This document shows, piece after piece, positions 28,323-36,868 of a stretch of DNA of 64,000 bases (positions are counted from its first letter, which is position 1; each line of letters opens with the position of its first letter). Origin of the DNA: a virus (taxonomy: Duplodnaviria > Caudoviricetes). The translations under genes and the position numbers were made by a program. The stretch spans positions 1-64,000 of IMG/VR virus record IMGVR_UViG_3300009037_000004. One strand, written 5' to 3'. A model generated the notes under the pieces. That model saw only the letters and a program-made list of their open reading frames with translations, was not told the origin of the DNA and searched no databases.

Positions 28323-29060
28323 CTATGCGAGGACGCCGCTGAGGGCCTCGGAGAAGATGCCGTCCGACTCCACCACGACGTTGACGATATCGCCTGCTGC
28401 ACGGGCTGGCGTTTCGCCTGTCAGAGCAGGCACCGTCACGATGATCGCAGTGTTGGACCAAGAACTCGCGGCGTGCTTCGGCAGAGCCTCCACGCCGGAA
28501 ACCAGGATCTTGTTCCCGGCGTAGAACCCCGCACCGCCAGCCAGAGCAGTCTCAGCCGCCACCAGGACCGTGCCACCGCCACCACTGAGAACGGCTGCGA
28601 AGATCACTCCGATGCAGGCTGGGAGAGCATTGATTGCCGCCACCACCTGAGTGGCCGTGCTGCCCGCCGCCGCCAGGGTGACCGTGAGGAGACCGCTAGC
28701 GAAGGCTGCGGACAGAGCCCCTGCGCCCTGCACGATCTTCATGCTGAAGCCACTGTCGCCCGGCTTGAGACAGGTGACGACGACGCCAGCCGTGGTGAGA
28801 CCAAGGGTCAGCGTGTCGAAAGTCTGGCTCTGGAGGAGGTTCCTTCCCAAAATCTTGATGTCCCCGCCGGCTGCTAGGAGAGCACCGGTTGTGACATCCA
28901 GCCAATCGAGAGCTGGGAACCCCGCCTTGGCTTCGTTGTTCTGAAAGCCCTCCTCCACATCTGCGCGGAGGTCGCGGATTTCTTTCCCCATCCCGTGGCC
29001 CTGCAAGATGTGATCGCGGTAGGCACGGGCTGTCCCGAATGATTTACTCTGGTGAGACAT
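28323..29060 (-). CDS. Structural protein with IPT/TIG-like Ig module
   Basis: GGDIKILGRNL...SSWSNTAIIVTVP; rich in Ala, Gly and Thr. Confidence 0.55.
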   Translation of the reverse strand: MSHQSKSFGTARAYRDHILQGHGMGKEIRDLRADVEEGFQNNEAKAGFPALDWLDVTTGALLAAGGDIKILGRNLLQSQTFDTLTLGLTTAGVVVTCLKPGDSGFSMKIVQGAGALSAAFASGLLTVTLAAAGSTATQVVAAINALPACIGVIFAAVLSGGGGTVLVAAETALAGGAGFYAGNKILVSGVEALPKHAASSWSNTAIIVTVPALTGETPARAAGDIVNVVVESDGIFSEALSGVLA

Positions 29061-29071
29061 TGTGTCACTCC

Positions 29072-30982
29072 TTACGGTTGTGGATCGTTAGCCATCCGCA
29101 TGATGATACGCTTGGAATCCAAGGGGAGGGAACTGAAAATCTCCTTGGGTTTCTTGCCGAGCTCCTCCACAACCTCTCTCCCGAACTTCTTGCAAAGCTG
29201 CTTGTGGCTGGAGAGAGCGAGGCGCTTGAGCATGGGCTCATCCACTCGATCTCCGCCGTACTCGAACGTCCAGTCCGTCCCAGCCGTCTTGGTGATGCCG
29301 TAGGTTGTGGACCACGGGTCCACGACTGCCTCGTCCCAGCGGTAGCTCAGTCCAGTGATCTCATCGAACTGACGGAGCGCCTCGCAGAAGACGTCCGGGG
29401 AAACCTCCGCCTTCTTCTCCATCAGTCGATCGAGCATGCTCCGCTCCGGGTCATATTCTCCCCAGAGTTGACGGCGGGTATTCACGTCCCGCTCGACTTC
29501 TTCATCAGAGGCGTACCCTTTTCCGGCGTACTTGAGGATTGGATCGGGAAGGTCGATGTCAAGAGCGTCTGCCCGAGCTGCCAGCTTGACACAGAACTCT
29601 CTTCGGTCGGCTGGGTGAAGACTCTCGGAGTAGTCGTTGAACCACCGCTTGGCTTCCTCCACCTCGCTATAGGAATCGAGTGAGTAGGTCGCCCCGGCGA
29701 TCTTGATGAACTCCTTCGAGGCGACCTTCTCGATCCTGAGCGGGGGCTCCTTCCCCGTCACGTCCACGTAGGGACGGAGAGCCTCGGCGGTGTGCACTTG
29801 CTCTTCCGGGTGCCGATGTAGCAGATGTTTGCCCAGACGGTAGGCCCCGTACCCTGCGCCCAGTCCTCCAGCCACGACAGCCGCCGGTTTAGCTGCAAGT
29901 CTTGCCGCCGCCCCGATCCGAGAACTTACCCCCTCCAGGGGGTGAGAACCGGGCAGACCGTACCGAACATTGCTGAACCGTTTGGCACCCTCCCCAAATA
30001 GACCAGGTATTTGCTTTAGAGCCCCGAAATGCTCTCTGAGCGTGGGAGTATCTTCCTTGAGCATCTGCCCCACGTGCTCCCATCCACCTCCGAATCCCGC
30101 AACCTTCTCCTCATCTTCCGGCCGATCACTCTGGCTGGGCATGAGTCGCGAACCAGAGAGCTCTCCCGTCTTGGGCTCCCCCAGCATCTCCTGATGCCTC
30201 TCCATCCCTTGGTGGACCTTCCCAGAAACCTGTCCGGGAGCTGTGACGAGAGGCAGCCCAACAGAAAGGGGACTCTTGATCGCCTTCTTCCCCAGGAATC
30301 CGAGAACACCGGCCGTCTTCTCCACTGCTGCTGTCCGCGTCATTGGCTGGGGCTGCTGTTGCTGGGGACCTCGGAGAAGCCTTCTTGCTCCAGCGAGTGC
30401 CAATCCCGCCCCTCCAGCGATAGCAAGAGGCTTGGCCACCGCCCGCGCACCCAGTCCAATTCGACGGCCGATGGAGGCGGGTCCTTTCCCGAACTGCTGG
30501 GCGATCAAAGACCCTCGTTCCCCCAGTCCTGACAGACCGGCTTTTCCAGCCGCCTGCCAACCACCCGCGATGTCTCGACCGAAGTTCTGGACTTGCTGAA
30601 TGCCTTGCTGATGCGCCGGACTCCCCCACTCGAGGGCGAGCTTCTGAAGCTGGGTCGGGGGTTCGATGTCGTACCAACCGCAGGCGGTCAAGAGATTTGC
30701 GGCTGCGACCTTCTGGGCTTCCTCCGGCAGGCGATCGTGGTTCTCGAGGAAGTAGATCACTGAGAGGGCGGTGTTGCCCTTGTCCACACAGGCGTACTTC
30801 CGGATCGCTTCTCCCCCGTCCACCATCACCAGGGCGAACACGTCGTCCGGGAGTTTGGCTCTCCGGTTCTCATCGAGGTGCTCGGCGGTCTTGATGAAGT
30901 CCGGCAGGCCCTCGGGAAGGCGCTGCTGGAGGACGAAGCCGTTGGGGTCATCGTAGAAATCGACGATTGATCCGGTGTGCAT
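29072..30982 (-). CDS. Putative internal head polyprotein (K-x-A-delimited Gly-rich peptides)
   Basis: More than 10 K/R/H-x-A motifs, with three Gly-rich amphipathic segments between globular ends. Confidence 0.65.
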   Translation of the reverse strand: MHTGSIVDFYDDPNGFVLQQRLPEGLPDFIKTAEHLDENRRAKLPDDVFALVMVDGGEAIRKYACVDKGNTALSVIYFLENHDRLPEEAQKVAAANLLTACGWYDIEPPTQLQKLALEWGSPAHQQGIQQVQNFGRDIAGGWQAAGKAGLSGLGERGSLIAQQFGKGPASIGRRIGLGARAVAKPLAIAGGAGLALAGARRLLRGPQQQQPQPMTRTAAVEKTAGVLGFLGKKAIKSPLSVGLPLVTAPGQVSGKVHQGMERHQEMLGEPKTGELSGSRLMPSQSDRPEDEEKVAGFGGGWEHVGQMLKEDTPTLREHFGALKQIPGLFGEGAKRFSNVRYGLPGSHPLEGVSSRIGAAARLAAKPAAVVAGGLGAGYGAYRLGKHLLHRHPEEQVHTAEALRPYVDVTGKEPPLRIEKVASKEFIKIAGATYSLDSYSEVEEAKRWFNDYSESLHPADRREFCVKLAARADALDIDLPDPILKYAGKGYASDEEVERDVNTRRQLWGEYDPERSMLDRLMEKKAEVSPDVFCEALRQFDEITGLSYRWDEAVVDPWSTTYGITKTAGTDWTFEYGGDRVDEPMLKRLALSSHKQLCKKFGREVVEELGKKPKEIFSSLPLDSKRIIMRMANDPQP

Positions 30983-31007
30983 GGGGCTCTTCCTTGTGAT
31001 CTCAGTG

Positions 31008-31037
31008 ATACTACGTCCCTACTTTAGCACGGGTCAA
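31008..31037 (-). promoter_or_regulatory. Sigma70-like promoter of the portal operon, TTGACC-N18-TAGTAT
   Basis: Read directly upstream of the ATG at 30982. Confidence 0.6.
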
Positions 31038-31081
31038 GGAGTCTTGAGGAGCACCACTCACGCAATTCTTTTTGAAGCGCA

Positions 31082-31091
31082 GGTATAAGAA
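31082..31091 (+). promoter_or_regulatory. GGTATAAGAA motif, putative phage-RNAP promoter
   Basis: Intergenic, about 40 nt upstream of the gene at 31131. Confidence 0.6.
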
Positions 31092-31130
31092 CCTCGTCTA
31101 GGACTCCCAAACTCGCAAACAGGAGAAATC

Positions 31131-31481
31131 ATGAGCTATGCCGATCATATCGGTGCCAACCCCAGTCAGCGACCCACTTGTTGGGGAAACGCGAAAAGCT
31201 ACGAACCCAACGATGTCGAATGCAGCGAATGTCGTTACCGACATTCTTGCCGGGCCGAGATAGATCGATCCGGTACAGTTCGTTCGGTCCCAGTCACATC
31301 CGGTCGAGATTACGGAACCTATCGCCGTCGGACGCCAGACGATGCTGGGGCACACAACGCAGGCATCGTAGGCGAGCACGAACGGCCAATCGAACGGTTC
31401 GCCAAGGATGCGGTGGGGGGCATGTTGCGCGGAATGTTCCATGAGATGTGGCAGTTCTGGGTCAACTACCGCATCCGTTGA
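31131..31481 (+). CDS. Small Cys-rich (Zn-binding) protein
   Basis: AGGAG RBS; CWG...ECSECRYRHSC. Confidence 0.65.
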   Translation: MSYADHIGANPSQRPTCWGNAKSYEPNDVECSECRYRHSCRAEIDRSGTVRSVPVTSGRDYGTYRRRTPDDAGAHNAGIVGEHERPIERFAKDAVGGMLRGMFHEMWQFWVNYRIR

Positions 31482-31505
31482 CAGGACGCACGCCGTATGT
31501 ATAAT
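31478..31505 (+). promoter_or_regulatory. Consensus sigma70 promoter TTGACA-N16-TATAAT heading the replication block
   Basis: Both hexamers match the consensus perfectly. Confidence 0.8.
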
Positions 31506-31566
31506 AGGGGCTCTCCGTCAGATGGTAAGGGCCCCCCATCTCCTACATGCCCGAAAGGAGGTAGAT

Positions 31567-33033
31567 TTGCTTTTCGTCCGCAGAGACCCCGATTGCGGCT
31601 ACTACGGAAGGCAACTCTGGCTGCCGAAGCAAGAGATCAACACGAAGGCAGTGAAGGCCGGGCTGGAGTTTCCAGTCCTTGGCGCGGAGGGCATCAGTTA
31701 CTTGCAGCTCTGGGAGGATGTGGGGACTCACCTGGTAGTGCCCCGCGCTTTCATCCCACCCGATGAGCTGGGGACGCTTCCCTTTCCCGTCATTTCCACC
31801 CGGCCGCCTTCGCCAGCCAGAGTAGAGTTCCAAAGTCGCATCGTCCTGGATGCCAAGAAGCCAGATGATCACGTACAGCGTGACGCTGCGGGAGCCATGT
31901 TGCGGTCGCAAGGAGGTCTGCTCAACCTTGCTTGTGGCAAAGGCAAGACCGTCATGGCGCTGCATCTCATCTCCCAGCGGAAGGTCCCAACGCTGGTGAT
32001 CGTCAACAACACCACGCTCATCAACCAGTGGCGCGACCAGATCGCTCTCTTCCTAGATGTCCCTGGTGGAGTGGGCTTGGTTCAAGGACCGCCGGAGGAA
32101 TGGGACTGGGAAGGTCGAGGCATCTGCCTCTGTATGATCCACTCTCTCGGTCTCCGACACGCTGAACTTCCACTCAGCTTCGACCGATACTTCGGCCTCA
32201 TCATCTACGACGAAGTCCATCACTTGTCGGCCCCGCTCTTTCTCCCCACTGCTCCTTTGTTCTACGGGGAGAGACACGGACTCACAGCAACGACCAGCAG
32301 AGAAGATGGACTCGAAGCGATGTACCAGTACCACATCGGCCGAGTCTACTACCGAGACCTCACGCAAGACTTGAAGCCACGGATCTACTTCTTGGAGTGC
32401 CCTATCAGGGTCAACATGAACGATCCAGTGATTCGAGCTGAAGTGACGGATAAGAACGGGAAGCTCAGTATCCCCCGTCTGCGAAACTACCTCGGGACTC
32501 ACTCCGAGTGCAACGAGTTCATCGCCAGCAAGCTACGACAGCCCCTAGAGACTGGTCGGAAAGTGCTGGCGCTCAGTCACAGTGTCGATCAACTTCGACA
32601 TCTCAACCGCATGTTCGAGAACTCGGGTCTATGCACTGGAAGCGAGAAGCCCGGGGCTCGTCTGGAAACTCTCCGCACCCGTCCGATTAGCTTTGGAACA
32701 CTCCAGCTAGTGAAAGAGGGTCTGGATGAGGATACCCTTGATACCTTGTTCTTCCTCACGCCCTTCGGGAGTTCCGCGATCGAAGAGGGCGGCTTCAACA
32801 CTCTCCAACAGGGCATCGGACGGATCCAACGCCGGAGAGAAGGAAAGCGTACTCCCGTGGTCGTGATCATCGATCACATCTACGTCCCCAAATTCCATCG
32901 AATGTGCACGACCCTGAAACGCCAGTTCCAGAACTGGCCGAAGGATCAGGGAGGGCCGATGGAATACACCGTCCTAAAGCCCTACTCAAAGGAGACTCGC
33001 AATGAGAGAAGAACGATGGATTGCCGTCTCTGA
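31567..33033 (+). CDS. Superfamily 2 DExH helicase (UvsW/SSL2-like)
   Basis: ACGKGKT, DEVHH, GLTAT, EGLD and QGIGRIQR motifs; TTG start with AAGGAGG RBS. Confidence 0.85.
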   Translation: MLFVRRDPDCGYYGRQLWLPKQEINTKAVKAGLEFPVLGAEGISYLQLWEDVGTHLVVPRAFIPPDELGTLPFPVISTRPPSPARVEFQSRIVLDAKKPDDHVQRDAAGAMLRSQGGLLNLACGKGKTVMALHLISQRKVPTLVIVNNTTLINQWRDQIALFLDVPGGVGLVQGPPEEWDWEGRGICLCMIHSLGLRHAELPLSFDRYFGLIIYDEVHHLSAPLFLPTAPLFYGERHGLTATTSREDGLEAMYQYHIGRVYYRDLTQDLKPRIYFLECPIRVNMNDPVIRAEVTDKNGKLSIPRLRNYLGTHSECNEFIASKLRQPLETGRKVLALSHSVDQLRHLNRMFENSGLCTGSEKPGARLETLRTRPISFGTLQLVKEGLDEDTLDTLFFLTPFGSSAIEEGGFNTLQQGIGRIQRRREGKRTPVVVIIDHIYVPKFHRMCTTLKRQFQNWPKDQGGPMEYTVLKPYSKETRNERRTMDCRL

Positions 33034-33397
33034 CGGAACGCCACAGACCTGGTACATCGGGAAGACTGATCTGACGGAAGATCAGGTCGTCCAGGCCAAC
33101 AGCATCCTCCTGACAGAATGTCTGATGGCCAGGTCCATCATAGTCCCAGCCCAAGAAGGCTTCGGCCAGACCGACTTCTTCGCCCATCTCAACTTCTCCA
33201 AGAAGCCGATCACGCTTCGTGTTCGACCCATCGCCTGGTACTGGCTCGATCAGAATGAGGAAATGCTGAAGATCTTCCAGGTCGCGCTCGAGCAGAAGAT
33301 GCAGCAGGACATGATTGACAGGGCCAAAGCAGCAGGGCTGGCAATCGCGGGCGAGTCCCAAATCACGAAGGACGGGCTGAGGATGAAAATCCGATGA
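33002..33397 (+). CDS. Hypothetical protein
   Basis: AAGGAG RBS; operon packing. Confidence 0.6.
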   Translation: MREERWIAVSDGTPQTWYIGKTDLTEDQVVQANSILLTECLMARSIIVPAQEGFGQTDFFAHLNFSKKPITLRVRPIAWYWLDQNEEMLKIFQVALEQKMQQDMIDRAKAAGLAIAGESQITKDGLRMKIR

Positions 33398-34146
33398 GCG
33401 TGCTAGCTCCCAAGCTCCTCCAGCTCCAGAGGGAGTGGGCAGACTGCACTCGATGCAAGCTCTCCAAGACCCGCAACAAGCTAGTGTTCGGAGAGGGAAA
33501 CCCAGGGGCGCACATCCTGGTCCTTGGGGAAGCCCCCGGGGAACACGAGGACGAGACCGGTCTGCCCTTTCAGGGGGAGGCGGGAAGCATCCTCAATGGC
33601 TACCTCGAGAGCATGCAGATTGACCGAGATCGAGACCTCTACGTCACCAATGTCGTTTGTTGCCGACCCACGGTCGAAGGCAAAGACGAGAGGACTGGAG
33701 AGCCTCGCATCGAGAACCGTCCACCCTCTAAGATTGAGCGGGAGGCATGTCGTCCCCGACTTCTGGAGACCATCTACCTTGTCGATCCACTTCTCATCGT
33801 CACCATCGGGAAGGTGCCTTTCCAAGCCTTGTTCGGGAAAGCACCTACCATCGCCTCAATCCGAGGCCGGATGCACACATTCCATCTTCCCGGCCGACAC
33901 ACGGATGTGAGATACGCCGTGCTGCCGATGTATCACACCGCGTTCCTCTATCGGACGCACGACAACCGACACGAAGGACCATGGGGGAGAACCTCGACCG
34001 ACTGGGCGAAGGTTTGTAGTGTTATCGATCATCTTCGGGAGGTCTACTACGGCATCCCACAACCACAAAGGGAGAACGAACCTGATGACGAAGGCGGCGA
34101 ATCGAAGTCTCGCCGAACGCGCCGTGGAGCAGTTTCACGACGCTGA
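33394..34146 (+). CDS. udg: Uracil-DNA glycosylase, family 4 (Fe-S)
   Basis: CTRCKL, GEAPGEHE..G.PF.G.AG, TNVVCCRP and PMYH motifs. Confidence 0.9.
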   Translation: MSVLAPKLLQLQREWADCTRCKLSKTRNKLVFGEGNPGAHILVLGEAPGEHEDETGLPFQGEAGSILNGYLESMQIDRDRDLYVTNVVCCRPTVEGKDERTGEPRIENRPPSKIEREACRPRLLETIYLVDPLLIVTIGKVPFQALFGKAPTIASIRGRMHTFHLPGRHTDVRYAVLPMYHTAFLYRTHDNRHEGPWGRTSTDWAKVCSVIDHLREVYYGIPQPQRENEPDDEGGESKSRRTRRGAVSRR

Positions 34147-34567
34147 GGCTCAGCTACGAGAGTTCCTCACCGACCCAGACATCCACGATCTCATGCAGGA
34201 GTTCGAGCGCCGAGTCGATCTACGAAACCAAGCCCTGGACGCAGCGATGCGGGCGATCAAAGGCGAGCTGCGAAGCTCCGACAAGGAGAAGCTCGTCATC
34301 CAGGGGCTGGGCGCACAGAAGCGGTACAAGCGGTGGTACGACACTGACTTCTTGGCCAATGCTCTCCCCGCCGAGCAGGCAGATCTCATCCTCACGGAGA
34401 AGATCACCTACGAGGTCAACCAGACCCGGCTCGAGCAGCTTGCCCGACAGGGAGAGATCAACAACGAGATCGTACGAGAATCTTACCGACAAGAGGAGAT
34501 GGCGCCGGCGAGTATGCCTGGGACACCGAAGGAGTACATCCTTCCGGCCATCCCGGTGAACGAATGA
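34085..34567 (+). CDS. Hypothetical coiled-coil protein
   Basis: GGAG RBS, start MTKAANR. Confidence 0.6.
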   Translation: MTKAANRSLAERAVEQFHDAEAQLREFLTDPDIHDLMQEFERRVDLRNQALDAAMRAIKGELRSSDKEKLVIQGLGAQKRYKRWYDTDFLANALPAEQADLILTEKITYEVNQTRLEQLARQGEINNEIVRESYRQEEMAPASMPGTPKEYILPAIPVNE

Positions 34568-35001
34568 CACGCGCCACCTACTCAGGAACCGCCCGCGTCT
34601 GGAATCGTACAGACGATCGGGAGACAAGGAGATATGAGATGGCGGGATCGCGCATAGTCGATGTCCCAGAAGGAAACGCTCGGGTCACCGCGACCCGTGG
34701 CTTCAAGAACTGGTTCAGCACTCGGGAGGCCGGGCTGACGGTCGAGTCCACCGTGTCCGTGATGATCTCCTGCGAGCAGAGTGAGAGTGCTATCTCAATC
34801 GCGGCCGAAGCTGCGGGAGAGCTGGCAGAGGGACTGGCAATCGAGGGCGGCGAGAAGATGGGCATGCACATGGATCGATTTGCCCGTCAGGTGTCAGAGG
34901 GACTGGGCGATCGACCTCCCAGTCCTCCCCGCCATCGAGAGGTCGAGGAGCCGGTTCGCCGAAGTGAGAAGGTCCGCCGGGGCCTGCCGGGGCGAAGATG
35001 A
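34564..35001 (+). CDS. Hypothetical protein
   Basis: ATGA coupling at both ends. Confidence 0.55.
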   Translation: MTRATYSGTARVWNRTDDRETRRYEMAGSRIVDVPEGNARVTATRGFKNWFSTREAGLTVESTVSVMISCEQSESAISIAAEAAGELAEGLAIEGGEKMGMHMDRFARQVSEGLGDRPPSPPRHREVEEPVRRSEKVRRGLPGRR

Positions 35002-35348
35002 TCATCACCAAAGCCGACTGCCGCATCAACGGACTTCACATCCTGGAGGTCACCATCACTACCCAGCCAGCGCCCGGATACCGGCCGGTCATGGTGGCCT
35101 CCTACGTGAAGGTCGAAGAGCAAGACCTGGGTGACGGACGGAAGGTTCTCAACACCCACGGAAAGTGCACCACGACACCCGTGACTCAGCGGGGCGTGGA
35201 CTGGTCCGAGAACACGAAGAGGCTCCTGGATGAACTACTGGAGTCCATGGAGCAAGATCTTCTACCCCGGCATTTCAAGACTGCCGGACAGGAGGGTTTG
35301 AATGAACGGGATTCGTCTGGAGACTCTGAAGACGCTAGCCAAATTTGA
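34998..35348 (+). CDS. Hypothetical protein
   Basis: ATGA coupling. Confidence 0.55.
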   Translation: MIITKADCRINGLHILEVTITTQPAPGYRPVMVASYVKVEEQDLGDGRKVLNTHGKCTTTPVTQRGVDWSENTKRLLDELLESMEQDLLPRHFKTAGQEGLNERDSSGDSEDASQI

Positions 35349-36459
35349 GGATGTCCGTGCTGTCGTGGCAGCGGAAGACGACCTCAAGAACCCGGATGTC
35401 GAGATCGAGATGGCCAAGCTGCGGATCGTCCCGCACGTCGAGCAGGTCATCAATGACCCCAAGCCCAGGCTCTTCTTCGACATCGAGATCCCCCAGCAGG
35501 GGACGTTCCGCATGACGGACTGGGCCAAGAAGCAGCTCGGCCAGGTCCTGGGCATCCAGTGGGGGAAGTGGTTCGACTCCAAGCTCGTGACGGCCGAGAT
35601 CGTGCAGGAGGAGATCCACAGGCGCTTCTCCCGGACCGGAGACTCCCGGAAGCTCCGCACCAAGAGGTTCAAGCCCGGCGCCCCCGGTGTCGATGGGTGC
35701 GATGGCTACATGAGGGCCATCCTCAGTCCCACCTACCACCCCATCGATGACGAGCGTGTCTTCGACCGGATGGACAAGCGGTTCGGGAGCCGGCTGGAGG
35801 AGATGAGGTTCATGCCGAATCACCTCTCCAAGAAGAGCTCCTGGGGCAACGATCACTGCAACCACTACACGATCGTGGGCCCGCCCATCAGCCTGGGGGC
35901 CATCGACATGAACCACCCCGACCCGGCTGTGGCGCACTGGTACAAGGTGGCGGCGATGGAGAAGAAGCTGCCGACCGATGACACGGTCTACCCGGGCTAC
36001 CACATGAGGAACTCCGAGGTTGGCTTCACCGCCATCACCATCGATGAGTTCTGCTTCCGGCTGGTCTGTCTCAACGGGCTGATGATCACGGTGGGCGACT
36101 CCCGCCTTCTCTACCGGCAGCACCGCGGCATCACGGATGACGAGATCGACAAGCAGCTCGACAAGGCCCTCACCAACGCCCCCCTCCGCTGGGAGGACAC
36201 CAGGCAGAAGATGCTCAAGGCGCAGGGCCACTCCATCGAGAATCCGGCCGAGTTTCTCGAGACCGAGCTGAAGAGGCTCGATGCCCCCAAGTACTTCCGC
36301 GAGGCGGCGATCAAGGCACTGGAAGAGGAGCCTCTCCGAAACCTCTACGGTGCGGTCCAGGCCGTCACCCGCGCGGCGCAGGAGTACCACGAGGACATGG
36401 ACCAGCGGTACGAGTTCGAGGCGCTGGGTGGGCGCATCCTCCAGAAAGTCCTGGCCTAG
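35302..36459 (+). CDS. DUF932-like protein
   Basis: RAILSPTYHPID, NSEVG, FRLVCLNG and QHRG motifs; strongly biased codons. Confidence 0.7.
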   Translation: MNGIRLETLKTLAKFEDVRAVVAAEDDLKNPDVEIEMAKLRIVPHVEQVINDPKPRLFFDIEIPQQGTFRMTDWAKKQLGQVLGIQWGKWFDSKLVTAEIVQEEIHRRFSRTGDSRKLRTKRFKPGAPGVDGCDGYMRAILSPTYHPIDDERVFDRMDKRFGSRLEEMRFMPNHLSKKSSWGNDHCNHYTIVGPPISLGAIDMNHPDPAVAHWYKVAAMEKKLPTDDTVYPGYHMRNSEVGFTAITIDEFCFRLVCLNGLMITVGDSRLLYRQHRGITDDEIDKQLDKALTNAPLRWEDTRQKMLKAQGHSIENPAEFLETELKRLDAPKYFREAAIKALEEEPLRNLYGAVQAVTRAAQEYHEDMDQRYEFEALGGRILQKVLA

Positions 36460-36468
36460 TTTCCAGCC

Positions 36469-36535
36469 GGTGGGAGGAGGGATTTACCCCTCTTGACGGA
36501 CGCTGTTTGGAGGGGTACGGATCTCTCCTCCCACC
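36469..36535 (+). other. 67-nt imperfect inverted repeat (long hairpin)
   Basis: Arms GGTGGGAGGAG/CTCCTCCCACC and TACCCCTC/GAGGGGTA. Confidence 0.8.
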
Positions 36536-36551
36536 ATCTCAGGAGGAATCA

Positions 36552-36860
36552 ATGCCGTCAAAACCGACGCTGGAAACGCTGGCCAAGCAAGAGCAGAGCC
36601 TGCGGGACAAGATCACTCGTCTGGAGAAAGAACTCCGGGCGCTGAAGGACGTGCTCAACATCCACGACAACTGGAATGCCGAGATTCGAGAATGGATCGG
36701 GAAGCAAGTGAAGGTAAGGACCTCGGTGGATGGGTTCGTCGGAGGGAAGCTTCTCTGGTCTGATCGCTACAACATTTGCCTGGAGATCGCCACCAGTTCT
36801 GCAATGCTACACAAGCGCATTGTCAACAAGGGTCACATCGTCTGGATCGAGCTTACCTAG
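36552..36860 (+). CDS. Coiled coil plus Hfq/Sm-like domain protein
   Basis: AGGAGG RBS; Sm1-like KQVKVRTSVDGFVGGKLLWSDRYNICL and Sm2-like IVNKGHIVWI. Confidence 0.6.
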   Translation: MPSKPTLETLAKQEQSLRDKITRLEKELRALKDVLNIHDNWNAEIREWIGKQVKVRTSVDGFVGGKLLWSDRYNICLEIATSSAMLHKRIVNKGHIVWIELT

Positions 36861-36868
36861 GAGGGTCC

